Below are positions 38,797-51,984 of a DNA stretch of 64,000 bases, in pieces (within the stretch, counting starts at the first letter, position 1; every line of letters begins with the position of its first letter). The notes under the pieces are model-generated. The model made no database searches. It was not told the DNA's origin and worked only from the letters and a program-made list of their open reading frames with translations. The translations under genes were made by a program, and so were the position numbers. Source of the stretch: Stegostoma tigrinum (lineage: Eukaryota); assembly GCF_030684315.1 (NCBI RefSeq), contig NC_081374.1, forward strand, positions 21,555,978 to 21,619,977, given 5' to 3'.

Positions 38797-40008
38797 CAGT
38801 GGTTCCAAACCTTTTCAGTAGCACGACAATTCAATAAGGCAGACAATTTCCACAACATACCCACTTTTACCAGCTGAGTTGATCGTTCTTAAATTCACAT
38901 TCACTACGGTTACAGTCTTACTGGAGAAGCTTGCGATGTCATGCATGCACCAAGCTAAAGGAGGATCAATTGGTGAATGCTTCACATTACAAAAAGGCAT
39001 TTTCAAAATCTGCTCAGCTGAACTATTTCTAACTATTTGCCACTCTTAAAATCTGTTCCACATGTATTGAACCATGACATAATTAGAATTAAATGGATTA
39101 AAGCAAAACAAAGTAAGTTGCAATTTGCAGGTTAGTGTGAAACCTGGATCTGCTGATGTGTGCAGCTTTTTTGATCCAGGGAGATATTGTTCAGAATGCC
39201 ACTGAAAGCTTGCTTCATTATTGAATACTCCCATCATTCCATTGCTTGTTTGTCTCATTTCAATTTTTTGAAAAATGCACTCTCACTTTGTTATGAGTTT
39301 AAACTATCACAAGATCTCAATTTTGCTTGTGGCCCTCTGCATTTAGAAGGTTCCTGCATTTTAGTATCACAAGACCAATATCTCACTTTTAAATTTGATC
39401 ATTAATTGAATTTTAGTATAATTTTGGTTTACATAGAATCCCTACAGTGTGGAAGCCAGCCATTTGGCCCATGAAGTCTACACGGCCTCTCCAAAGAGCA
39501 ACTCCCTGCATCCCGACATTTCCCCTGGCTACTCCACCTAGCCTGTGCATCTCTGGGCACTATGGTCAATTTTAATTGGAAGTTTTTAAAAAGATGTTGC
39601 TTTTTATGAACCCTCAAATTTAGGGCATGGACAATCCACATAACCTGCACATCTTTGAACTGTGACAGAAAATCAGAACATCCAAAGGCAACCCATGCAC
39701 TCACAGGAGAATATCCGTGTAGGGTCCAGACCCAAAACATCAGCTTTCCTGCTCCTCTGATGCTGCCTGGCCTTCAGTGTTCATCCAGCTCTACTCCTTG
39801 GTATCTCAAACTCAGCATCAGCAGTTCCTACTGTCTGTGTAGGGTTACCAGAGGCTGGAATCAAACCGTGGTCCCTAGCACTTTGAAGCAGCAGTGCTAA
39901 CCAACAGGCCACCAAATGAAACACTGAACTTCCTTATGTTCGCACAAAATGTCACAGAATCTCTGAACAGTTGGCACCATACACTGACACATTGGTTGAA
40001 AACCACTG
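38797..40008. mobile_element. Probable non-autonomous hAT (Charlie-like) DNA transposon
   Basis: Terminal inverted repeats cagtggttccaaacc (38797) and ggttgaaaaccactg (ending 40008) match at 12/15 positions; the CAGTGGTT start is typical of Charlie TIRs. The 8-bp TSD is not preserved. Confidence 0.55.
39432..39914 (-). mobile_element. HE1-type SINE with an internal Penelope terminal fragment (39721-39836, +)
   Basis: SINE tail catagaatccctacag at 39432 and head ..gcagcagtgctaacca..gccacc near 39890-39914; the insert is homologous to 33587-33707. Confidence 0.8.
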
Positions 40009-41149
40009 CCTCAGGCTACAGATGATGTAGATGGGCTGAACAATGGCAAATGACAAGCCTTAACTTGTCTATTCATCACACTTTCTAGAATGCCAAGGCA
40101 ATGACAGAAATTCAGCCCTTACAGGTGTAGATCACATCCTTTCAGATGGCATGCAGGTAAATTTAGGATGAGGTGTGTTTTAAATAAGAACAGAAAAATC
40201 CTTGCAAGAGTTGTGAAATTATACATCAGTGTTGGATTGGGGACCCACTTTTATTGCCAGGTTAAAGATCAGTTCTGGGTTTGGTTACAGGATGGGTATA
40301 AAACATTAAATACTGTCTTAGCATCTCTGCCAACAAAATTTGAATATTTCCAGTTGTTTGTTTTCAACTTTATTACAGAATAGCAGCAGTGAATGTGCCT
40401 AACTTGTCTTCTTCGCATGTGAAAGTTGTGACGGTGTCCTATGACTCTGTGCTTGTAGCCCTGGACATTTTTCCTTGCGAGCATATGCAGTGAACTCATT
40501 TTGAAAGTGCTCATTAAATCAGTTTCTCTGCCAATTCAAATGGTGTATTTACAGCACAGCCCTCTGCCTTTTTTAAAAAACATCCCTGCCTCCTCAAGCC
40601 TTTTGTTTAAATCAATCACCTTAAAATCTCTCTGTTTAAAACAGTAGTTTTGTGCTCATCTTCAGTTAATGGATTCCAGCAGAATTCCAACAGTATCAAC
40701 TAGGTTCGATGGCCTGTTTTCCCCCTCCATTTTAGTACCTAGTATTAATCCACATTATGCCTAAGAAGTGAGAGTAGGGTACCATGACAACAAACTTCCA
40801 TTAAATTCTGCACAACACATTTTCATAATGACATTTGTATATGGCACATGCATGATGATTATGATTCAGAGAAAGACCAAGTGTGTCAGTGGAATGCAAG
40901 TATGGGAGAGTGATTCTCTCCTCATAAGGTCAGTAACATAAAAATACATTATTTTTAAAAATCTCAATTCCATTCATATGCCAACAAAATCAAAGCTGCC
41001 ACGAGGATCGAAGTGAAGTTATATGTTGTATACACAGATGGATGCTAATCTTAGAATTGCTATTGGATATGTCATCTCTCAAAGCCAATTACTCAATTTT
41101 ATGGTAATCAGTTTTAAACACCGTTTTGCATTTATTTCCTGTATTGCAG

Positions 41150-41166
41150 ATGCAGACAATGCCTAA
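41150..41166 (+). CDS. LHFPL5: LHFPL5 last coding segment (exon about 41150-41195), peptide DADNA*
   Basis: Polypyrimidine acceptor tttatttcctgtattgcag|AT GCA GAC AAT GCC TAA fits phase 1 after exon 2. A strong donor ATG|gtaagt follows at 41196. The peptide resembles the short acidic LHFPL3/5 C-termini as I recall them. Confidence 0.7.
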
Positions 41167-41679
41167 AGATGGCATCAACATTCATTTCAATTATGGTAAG
41201 TCATTTGTAAAGCCATCCGCAATTTAGTCACAGAATATGACATTCATCGTGGATCAAAAGTTTTAACAGGATCAAATATTTAAGAAATGAAGTTGCAACA
41301 TCAAGTATATTCTGATTTCAGTTCAGATCAGTAGTACAAACAGTTTAGTGGTAAAGATATTGCAACAGTTTGAAAAGTGACACTAACATTTTTTCACAGC
41401 CGTGTTGTATTGTTCTATTTCCAGAATTGTTCAGAATGTTCACAATGATGGATCAAAGAATCTTCATATTCTCCTCAGCAGGTGAATTATGTTGCAGATT
41501 CCCAAAAGGCTAAGCTAATACAGCAGTTTGTTCATCTGTGGAACTGCATCCAAGTTGTAATTTGAAATTATGAAATGTGATTTACTTTGACTCATTCAAT
41601 TGAGGGCCAGGCTACTTGGCATCAAGGTCAGAGGTATAGTGTGTTAAAAGGTTTTAATTTCTGCCACTGTGTTGATACA

Positions 41680-41685
41680 AATAAA
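41680..41685 (+). terminator. Candidate LHFPL5 polyadenylation signal (AATAAA)
   Basis: First AATAAA after the putative last acceptor sites at 41400-41480; others at 42470, 42628 and 43006. Confidence 0.3.
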
Positions 41686-43782
41686 CCTCATTACAAAGAG
41701 CACTAGCATTATCATCTTGGGTCCAAGTACAGTGAAGTATTATGGCTCTGTGCTGTATGTATACTGTTTTGAATGTATGTCCCTTACACTTTAACAAAAA
41801 AAATCCCTATTAATCTATGTCTAATTCTTGTAATGAACTAGTTAAAATCTGAATGTATCTATGTATAATACCATGTTTTAATGAGATATGAAGAACTGAT
41901 GCTGCTTTGATTTGTCACAAATCAAAAATTTCACCTACACCATTTCTGAACAAAGATTTATAAGGCTGTTTTCATAGATTAGGAAAAAATCCCAAGTGGA
42001 TGACCAACTTGTTTTAAATAGAAGAAACTGCATTTCTTCTCAGCTCAGCACTTTGCAAAAGCATAATTTAATGACACCTGTTGTTGAGTTAAAATAAGGT
42101 GATTTGTTGAAGCAACAAAAGTCAAATAACCTCTGGTTACTAGATGCCAATTTGGACTGTAAATCTGAAATTTAACATTTGTATGGGAAGCAGACATCAA
42201 TAATTAAAAGTAAGTTCTAGCTTAGGAAACACTTTAAAATATCCTCTCTAGATTTGAGTTTTGAAAAGTTGCAAAAATCCCAAAACAAGAGAGTGAGATT
42301 AGTATTATTGCAAAGGTCTTTGCCACAGAGTACAAAAGAAATATTGTTGGGTATGGAACTGGGTAGGTGCAACTTCACAGAGATGCTCCTAATTCAAAAA
42401 CTGGTGTTTCATACATCGACACATGAACATTCCTTTGTAGCTTGCAATTAAATACCATCTTGCTGCTCAAATAAAAGAACACTACTCCTCATTTTCATGT
42501 CAAATTATTTTACTGTACAAATCATGTCTATAGTTGAATGACATTCCACCAGCAAATGAGTGAATTTGTAATTTATTGTATTGAACAACAATTTTGCTGC
42601 CTTGGAATGCCTTAGAGTTAAGATATTAATAAACTATTCTTTCATGGTTCGACATTTTGGCCAGCTCAGATGACAACTGCTCTATATATGCCAGACTGTT
42701 TTCCCACATTTTTAAGCATACATGTTTATTATTATTTCAGTGATAAAATAATGGTTACATTAATTAAGCTATTGTAATTTCATTAATATTTATCTATCTG
42801 AAGACAATGGTTTCTTCATAGAAAAGGCTCTATTACCAACAGTAAAAGGGGGAATGCCATAGACATACTAAAACATGGGTTTGTAACTGCATTTTTATAG
42901 TATTTACTCTGGACTATGCAGTAAGTGACCTACAATAAGCACAGTTGGATTCCTAAATGTTTTGTAATTTAATATCGATCTTATCCTCTTGCTAGGGACC
43001 AACGTAATAAACTCAACAATACCAGTTAGAGAAAACTAAAACTTGTACGTAGCTACTGACCATTTAAGATAACCTCTTTCGATCACAGCCTTCTTGTATT
43101 TGGGGCACACAATCCACATAACATTATATAAAAAAGATCAAAAATGAATATTTTATTATGTTGTTTTTAATTCTGTCGTCATTTTTTTTCTTTTGTAAAA
43201 AAACCCTTTATAAAAAGCCATGGTTTGGATAACAAATCAAAATTTAAAAAAACAAGAGCCCAGAAAATGCAAAGAATACTGGTTCAATGTTGCTTTTGTC
43301 CACCTAGAAATCCTTGTTCCAAAATGGAAAATAAATAGTCTTGATAGTAACCAATGCTGAATCAAGCCTTAGCTGTCAAAATCTAGCACAAGATTCAGTC
43401 AAAGAAGTTGTCATGTAATTTCTTAAAAATTGCAAAGTTTTAGAAATAAAGTGTACAACTTGAAACACTGTTAATGTATTTGGTTCATCAGAACGATGTT
43501 GCATCGGTCCACAAACCTAAAAGTCTTATTTAAAACAGCAGGAAGTTAAATGGGCAGACTCTTCCCTTCTCTGGTGGTGGCAAGGAGAAATAAATTGGGT
43601 TACTTAGCCCTAGAGAGACACTCCCTCCTTGCCACCTTACTAATTTATCTCTGGGTGTGAAGCGGGGGCTTTGACACACCACTAATTAAAGCCGTGTCAA
43701 TTAGCAGCCATCCAAGGACGTCAACCTCCAACTCCAATTACCTAACTGATAACCAGGACAATCTGCCTGCCTGGTTTCTTGT

Positions 43783-43806
43783 GGGGGGGGGGGGGGGGGG
43801 GGGGGG
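43783..43806 (+). repeat. G24 homopolymer (G-quadruplex-capable)
   Basis: 24 consecutive G. Confidence 0.95.
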
Positions 43807-46800
43807 TGTCTGAATGTAGGGACTTAGCACAAATGGGTGGCAAGTTCTTATCCTCAGCTTCCAACTGGAGGGCAGTTTTTGGCATTACAGGGTACTGGTG
43901 GTTGAGGCCTACGATATTTTTTTCAATCTATCAGCCTGTTTTTAGCAAGCTGATTGGCACTCAACAGGTAAGACATTTGTCAATTGTGGAGGTGACATTG
44001 GTCAGCACCAAACACACATACCACACCTACTCCCAAAAAGAAGTCAGAGAAAATATCAAGAGTCAGTCATCACACCAACAGCAGCATGAGGTTTCACACC
44101 AAAGTGATATACATACATGCATACATCACAGCCAATTTATCCTGAACCATATCCTGTGCAATATAAAATAAAGCTACATTGTACGTGATGATAGCTTCTG
44201 ATTTCAGAGATGAAATTTTACATGCGTTTGGTTTAAAGGAAAGTAATTGGTAAACAAAAAAAGGAATGCACATTAAATATTTGCAAAGAATTGCTGTATC
44301 AAATGTTGATTTGACTAGCTTTCACCAAAGTACTGGGGAACAGCATAACAGCACTAACCAAATGGGACAAGAAGTGTTCAGTTTGCTTCCTCTTCGGCAA
44401 CTTAACAGCAAAAACAAATTCAACTCCACTGTAGTACACAGACACAGTGAAAGGATAGTCCTGAGGTAGAAACATCTCGTTAAAATGAACATAAAAATGT
44501 TTACATCATGATCAAGTTTCCAATTAAATAAGAAAAACATGGAATAAAAGCAGCAGAAACGATAGGGACACAGTACTGCTGCTGAGTCTGTGGCTTTGTA
44601 GGAATTGATCCTGGAGGAAATAAAATAGATGCTGCAGGTATAAGGAATTCTCCTCCCCACCCCCAACCAAAATTGCCATAAAATGAGTCAAATTCCTTGT
44701 ATTGCATGCACAAATACAAGGCTGAGTCTTTGGAAAGTTAACTTAATAGATTTTATTAATTGTTTCTTTGCTAAAGTTTTAATGAACTGAGGAATAATTA
44801 TAATTGTGGCAACTTCGATATTTAGGAAAAATTTATGCAGAATGTGAATATAGAATTGTGAATACTACATTTCAGGGCTATGTTACACATCATTCATAGA
44901 CAATTCTAACTAAACGTTAGATGTTTCAAAGGGTTCCAGAAACAACAAAGTGCTGGAAATACCTATCAGGTCTGGCGGAATCTGAATAAACATGAAGTTT
45001 TTATGGGGTTTAGGCACCACAGAAATGTTCTGCAATGCTATTCCACCAACACCCTACTAAAAACTTGGTGCTGAAAAAGCATACCTTCCTTGTTGGAGAA
45101 GGGCACATTGAAATAGTCTAACATGAATGAGCATCCAGAAACATCCAAATTACTGAATAGTTCTTTAAATGGTGGATGTCACCTTTATGATTGTAGCCCA
45201 AAGTGATAATGGAAATTTGTTGCAAGTCAGAACTATGTGGAAGTTGTGAGGTAGCTGACTTTGGCAGAATACTCAGAAAATTGTGGGTTCGTGCACACAG
45301 TCCCTTTGAGTCCAGAGATTTTGGGCAGTTCTTTTCACAGTTAGCTTAGAGCTTAAAACTAGCTTTAGCTGTTAAACCGAATGCCGGCTCACCATTGACA
45401 AAAAAAACCTGGCCGGATCAGATATCAGTAACAGCACACCCCCAACCTTCAACTTAACTGTAACCTACCCTAAAGCTCTCATCCACTTATCTAGCATCCT
45501 GCTCAGCAGCCTAACCACACATTTGCCATCTTTTAGTAGCTTTTAAAAGAAGGGGCAGGGCCTTAAAATCTTAGGATACAACACTTAGTGATGCAAAACG
45601 CAGCTTGGTTTCCACACTAATCCAGTCTACTTCTGTGAGAATTTCTGGATCTCTCTCTGCTGCTTCAAAAGAGAAGGCTCCCAGGCCAGAAACTCCAGTG
45701 AATAATTAATCTAAAGGAGTGTATTTTTTTTAAACTGTCCCATAGGAATCAGAAATAAGGTTTCAAATCACAATTGGAAAATCTGGGCCTATATGTATTA
45801 ACTACTGGTTCACTTTGTACTCAGAAGCATATGGAGAAGAGAAAGAGTAAACTTGTGCTGACATTGCTCCTGTATGCAATTTAAATGCTATCCCATTTGT
45901 TTGCAGGCAAATGTGTCTATGTTGCATGGTAAGATTTTACAAGTAGTCATAGAATGAACAATATATTTATCTTTGGGTAGGAATTGATTGTGGAAGTAAA
46001 AGTTAAACAAAAACACCAAGAAAAACTGCCTACTTACTTTCTGAACAGTGACAAGTTCACTAGAATTATTAAAGTCAAGGCTATGATCCTTTTCAATAAA
46101 ACAGGCAGAACTCCCATCAAAGCAGCATTTCCCCAAATCTGCACTAAATTACCAGTTGTGGATGGTGCTTAAAACAGCAAAATAGAGTCCAAACAAACAT
46201 CACACTCAGGCAACAGTATTCCTCAGTGAGGTGAGGTTTTGTACAGTGGTCTTGGTGACAACAACTGAAACTATATCCATACGAACCTCAAATCTATACA
46301 CCCACACATGCACCCAAACATGAAGATTATCTCTTCATTCTGTTCTTGCCAGCATTTCTAGGGAAGAATACAAAGTTACAGTTTGTTGGTACTTATCATC
46401 CATCAGAAACAAAAGTCTTTTAAGCAAAGCTTAAAACTGAAGGCCAAATAAACCTTAAAATTCTAAATCCCAAATACCCAACAGCTACGAAGACACATGT
46501 AACAGGAATGGAACAGCTATGAGCAATTAAAGCTATTGAAACCATTAGTAGAGCATTACTGCTGAATAAAAAGAGTGTAAACAGCCATGTTAAAATGCAT
46601 GCTTTTGGTACTGCAGTCAAAATCATGGGCTACAGACCTAGAAACATGTAGAAAACAAATCCATTTACTTCTAGACTTGAATATCATCTTCATTCATGGT
46701 ATAGGCAAACCAATCATGTTGCATATGAAAAATAATTCAAAGCTACCTAGGTTTATTCCCATTTTTACTCCTTGTTAGTTCATATTATTTCGCAATTTTA

Positions 46801-47993
46801 ACATACGGAACTCTGCAGCGAAAGTATGCTTCGCTTTATTTCAACCCCACAATCAACTTTCGTGCTTTCTTCCCCCCAATCTACAGGGTAGGCTTAAAAA
46901 CTTTTAAAAATTCCAAATTTTAAAATTCCATATACAACAATGGTAACGTGAAATTAAAGATTGGTTTGATCCAGTGTGCATTGAGCATTGAGCACAGTAT
47001 AAGCTGCCAGTAGACATGATTTTGTCTGTCAATTCACCTAACTTGAACACTATGATACTTGGAAAGCTGGGGGCAGGGGTTGCAATTGTATTAGCGCAAT
47101 GTTTTAAAGATATAGAATATAACTTAAATGACTTGTACCACTGTCATTGTTGAGATTGTTTAGTCATACTTGCCATTGCTAACTCTGGATAAGATCGATC
47201 ATAAAGTCTATTCTACAACAATTCATAGGTTGTGTTGTGTTAGGGGAAAGTACATAAAACAAAAAAAAGACTTGAATTGCACCCGACCTACTTTATTTTA
47301 ACAGTTGGATTCTTACTGTCAGCAGGAATTTTCCTACCTGAAGGGGCCTATAAAACACCACTGCTATTTAAATGTAGGATGTTATGTATAAAAAATGTAA
47401 TTCCAAAATAAGAGGAAAAAAGCTTACTACACTTTATACAAATTATGCTGGGACATATAAAGCATCTTTAGCACGATATCTAAGAAAATTAATAAAGCTA
47501 TCCGAAACAACATAGAACAGAGTTGTTACAGTTTGACTTTTGATACACCATTTTAAGGCTGACTTGGTAGTAAAGCCATACATCAAACTGCCCTGCAATC
47601 TAGGGATACATGTCACAAAAGGGTAGGACTTATTCCTGGACTTTAGATACACTACATATTCATTAAACACAAATCTTATCAAAAGCAAATCAAGATTAAC
47701 TAACTACTTTGGTCAAATGTGACAAATTCAGATGTGCTACAGCATATTCTCCAAGTTGAAAAAGGAAAAAAAAGACATAACTTTTCCTGCACACTTTGGA
47801 TATAGCACTAACTAGAAGCAGGTAGCAGTGAACTCTTAATAGCCCAAAGGATTTTACACTTCTTTAAAAAGGCAGAACTTTACGAAAGTGTTTGGCTGTC
47901 CTTTCTTCCGGCACTGGTTGAGAATCACTTCCTCCAAAAATACAATTTCTTTTCATGTACAATATTCACATAAATCATATGCAAAAAGATCAC

Positions 47994-47999
47994 TTTATT
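47994..47999 (-). terminator. Candidate SRPK1 polyadenylation signal (AATAAA)
   Basis: AATAAA about 1 kb after the stop, followed by U/GU-rich sequence. Alternatives at 47292, 46835, 44752 and 43152; usage cannot be decided from sequence. Confidence 0.4.
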
Positions 48000-49021
48000 T
48001 TTTGAAATATAGTCTGTTTAAGTAAACAAGCCACATTGCAATGCAGTAGAACAGGACCAAATTAATGATTAATTCCAGTTGGTTTTTCTGGACTATGCAG
48101 TGAAGCAAATTTTAAAAACATTTTCTGGACAGATATTACACAAAACACAAAAAATGGAGAAACCTTCATTAGAAAACAGTAATATTTAAATACAATGTTA
48201 TCATTTCTAAGATCTGCAGTAAATATAAACACAGACAGGACAAATGGAAAGGATCAATTTCCTACTATATAACTTATAGCTTTTCCAATAATAAATTCAA
48301 GATTTCAAGTACTTATAAGTACTTTGGAACTTCAACAGTCACTGACAGAATGTTTCTTCTAAAGTGCTGTTCTAGGAATGGCAGTTGGGAAGCTGGTACA
48401 TACAGATATATCTTAAGCACTCAACTGCATGAGTTACTCAGCCATCTACCCACCAGAGAAAACATGGTCGAAAGGCCACTGCTCAGCCTGGATCTTAAAA
48501 CAGGCTAACCTGAAAGCATGCAGACTGGCCACAAGTCATTCCAAAGCAAAAGCAGTTAATTTTCTAAAATACCTTAATCACCAATTCAATGGTCAATGTC
48601 CTATGTGTAAAACACAGCTAGCTATCTCTTTGGTACGAGTATAAGATTTCATCTTGTCTCTAGTTCCATATATGCGGGTACTTGTAGATTTTACAATTCC
48701 TTGAGAAAAGACTCGGGAGTAAATTTTGAACTACTCTTTTATACTCGCACTCATCATACATACATGTTATGAACAGCACAACTGGTGAAGGCAGACTAAA
48801 TTACTGTTCATTAGCAGCTAACACTCTGCAGCTATTAGTGACGATACATATTTCTTTGTAATCCAAACCCCTGCATAATCCCTTTTCCTGTGTTTTTTTT
48901 CAACTAAATGTGTAAAATCTGACTAAAGATTGGAGTAGTTTATACAGATATATTTGTATCTGTAAGACAATGAACTGGGTGCCACACTAAGTTATGGACA
49001 TAACAAATATGAATTTGGTTG

Positions 49022-49228
<207 letters not shown>

Positions 49229-49427
49229 TTAGCGTCTTGAACACTTGAGGACAATGAGTTAAATTACAAAATATTAATTGTTTTTGCTCATTTTTTTCTT
49301 TGCTTCATCTCCCTACTTGCTCATACCTCACAGTGCACAAGTACAGTTTACGAGAAGGTCCGCTTAGTCTGGGCCACAGAGCTCTTTGATGCTGTCAGCT
49401 TAACTGTGATGGCCCAGTGGTTTTTTC

Positions 49428-49818
49428 CACTGGACTATTAATCCAGAGACCCAGATAACATTCTAGGGATCTGGGTTCGAATCTCACCATGGCAGATGGT
49501 GGAATTTGAATTCAATAAAATATCTGGAATTAAGAATCTAACAGTGACCATGAATCCATTGCAGATTTTTGGCAAAACCCATGTGGTTCACTGATGTCCT
49601 TGAGGGAAGGACACTGTCATCCTTACCTGAGATAACAAGGTGTAGAGCTGATGAACACCACAGTCCAAGCAGCATCAGAGGAGTAGGAAGGCTGATGTTG
49701 TTTCGAGCCTAGACCTACATGTGACTCCAGACCCACAGCAATGTGGTTGTCTCTGAACTGCTCTCTGGGCAATAAATGCTGCCTAGCCAGCAACAGCCTC
49801 ACCCAGTTAATGAATAAA
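49428..49818 (+). mobile_element. DeuSINE/SacSINE1-like SINE with a Penelope terminal fragment inserted (49628-49714, -)
   Basis: Head with B box GGTTCGAATC. The core is interrupted between atccttacct and cctacatgtgactccag by gagataacaaggtgtagagctg..; the tail ends aatgaataaa. Confidence 0.8.
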
Positions 49819-50659
49819 GGGTACATAATTAGGACTTAGCTATCCATTCTCCTCACTACGTCAATAGATATACCCTTTGCAGATCGGAAATTCACAGTTC
49901 ACCGTGTAATATTTCAAACCTTAACATTAGGAATTAGCTTTATTTTTCTTCTCGGCATGATCCCAGTGCACGATCATCCTTGTACTGTGGCACCCAGCAA
50001 CAAATTATTTATTGTATAGCTCAACCAGGTCAGTGTAGTTAAGATTATAACCAATGTAGTTTACTTAAACAATTTGGACTCAATTTGTGGATAGTGAATT
50101 GCCGGTTAACCATTATTGAGGAAGTCTGAGCTAAAAAAGTGGCAGACATGTGTTAACTGATAAATGAATTTCAATGCAAATAATAACAATTCATTTCCAG
50201 AGAGATAGATAGAAAAAAAACAAACCGGGGAGTTCCACTAAACTTATACAGGGAAAGTTAAACAGAAGAAATAGAAGTATATACTGACAGAGTTGAATGA
50301 AAAAGGGTGGGTGAAGGTTCATGTAGAACAAACGCATGGACCAGCCAGGGCTTAATGGTCTGTTTTATGCTACAAATTCTAAGAGTTTGTACGTTGAGCC
50401 AGCTCCTTATGCCCCTTCTATATTGGCATTATCTGAATATGTAATTAATTTACATGGGTCTTTTGTCCCACTATACAGTTTTCATGACATAGCTCTGGTC
50501 AAACACAAGTTTTGGGCATATTGCTCAAACTTCCAGCAAACTCCTCTTACACATATTTCAGTTTTCCACCTTTTAACCAATTTGGTATCTATATCTGATA
50601 TTCCTTGAGTTTCAAGTTTTGAAGTTTAAAATCTTTTGCCTGCAGATTTCTTAAGTCTA

Positions 50660-51075
50660 CAGTCAGAGATGTAGAGTATGGAAACTGGCCCTTTGGTCCA
50701 ACTCACCCATCCTGAGCAGATATCCTAAACTGATTTAGTCCCATTCGGCCCATATACCTCTAAACCCTTCTTATTCATATACACATCTACGTGCTTTTTA
50801 AATGTTGTAATTGTACCAGCCTCTACCGCCACTCCTGGCAACTCATTCCATACACGTATCACCTTTTGCATGAAAAAGTTGTCCCTTAGGTCCCTTTTAA
50901 ATCTTTCCCCTCTTACAACAGTGCCTACTAGTTTTGAACTCCGCCACCCCGGGGAAAAGGCATTGGCAATTCAATCTATCCACTCCCTTAATGATTTCAT
51001 AAACCTCTAAGGTCACCACTCAGCTTCCAATGCTCCAGGCAAAATAGCCCCAGCTTATTCAGCCTCACTCTATAT
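50660..51075 (-). mobile_element. CR1 3' fragment
   Basis: Homologous to 16764-17160. Confidence 0.85.
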
Positions 51076-51425
51076 TTAGAATTAAAGTTGGAATTGCTTC
51101 TGGATTTTTTTTGGACATCTAATATATTCATCTATGTTCATCACACCAAACATTTTCCCCTTTTCCCCCACCTTGTAGGAGCCGCAAACAAGAGTAAGCA
51201 ATCTTTCAGATGGAGAAGGCAACGTTATACATCTAAAAATCCTCTGCACAAATTTACAGATCAAGAGAAGACGGCCATATTGAAACTTTGCTAAAAAGCA
51301 GTGGCTATAAGTTGGCAGTATTTAACAATTTATTACTACAAAGCAAAACAAATTCTGCAATCATGACTTGGGTTAAGTCAAAAAATTGTCTACCACGTTT
51401 TTGTATAATATGCACACCAACATCA

Positions 51426-51680
<255 letters not shown>

Positions 51681-51984
51681 TCATTTCCAATTTTTCCAAA
51701 CAAAACTAAAATATGTTACATGCTTAAATATTAAAAACTGGAGTTTAAGAATTCAGAAGTAAAGCCTCTCTGTTCTATTGGGATTGGGAAAGTTTTACAA
51801 GATTTTCCTTATCGTTCATGCACTTTGACTCCAGACTACATAATATTACAAAAAAATGCACACAAGAAGACTTTTTAAAAAAGATGGTAGAATTGGTCAC
51901 ATTTTCTTAGATGGCAAATTTAACATATCTTTGTGATTATTAGAAGTACAATTACAGATTTCAAAATAAGCACCATCTATACTT

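Larger units (their letters stand above)
37860..40310 (+). mobile_element. Old CR1 remnant (37860-38796 and 40009-40310) split by a DNA transposon
   Basis: DEDNAVDVVYMEFNKDFLKVLHRKLI-like RT remnant before the break and WAEQWQM-like remnant after it. Confidence 0.6.

Noticed and set aside
43779-44171. 130-aa ORF beginning with poly-Gly
   Set aside because: It derives from the G homopolymer and has no coding features.
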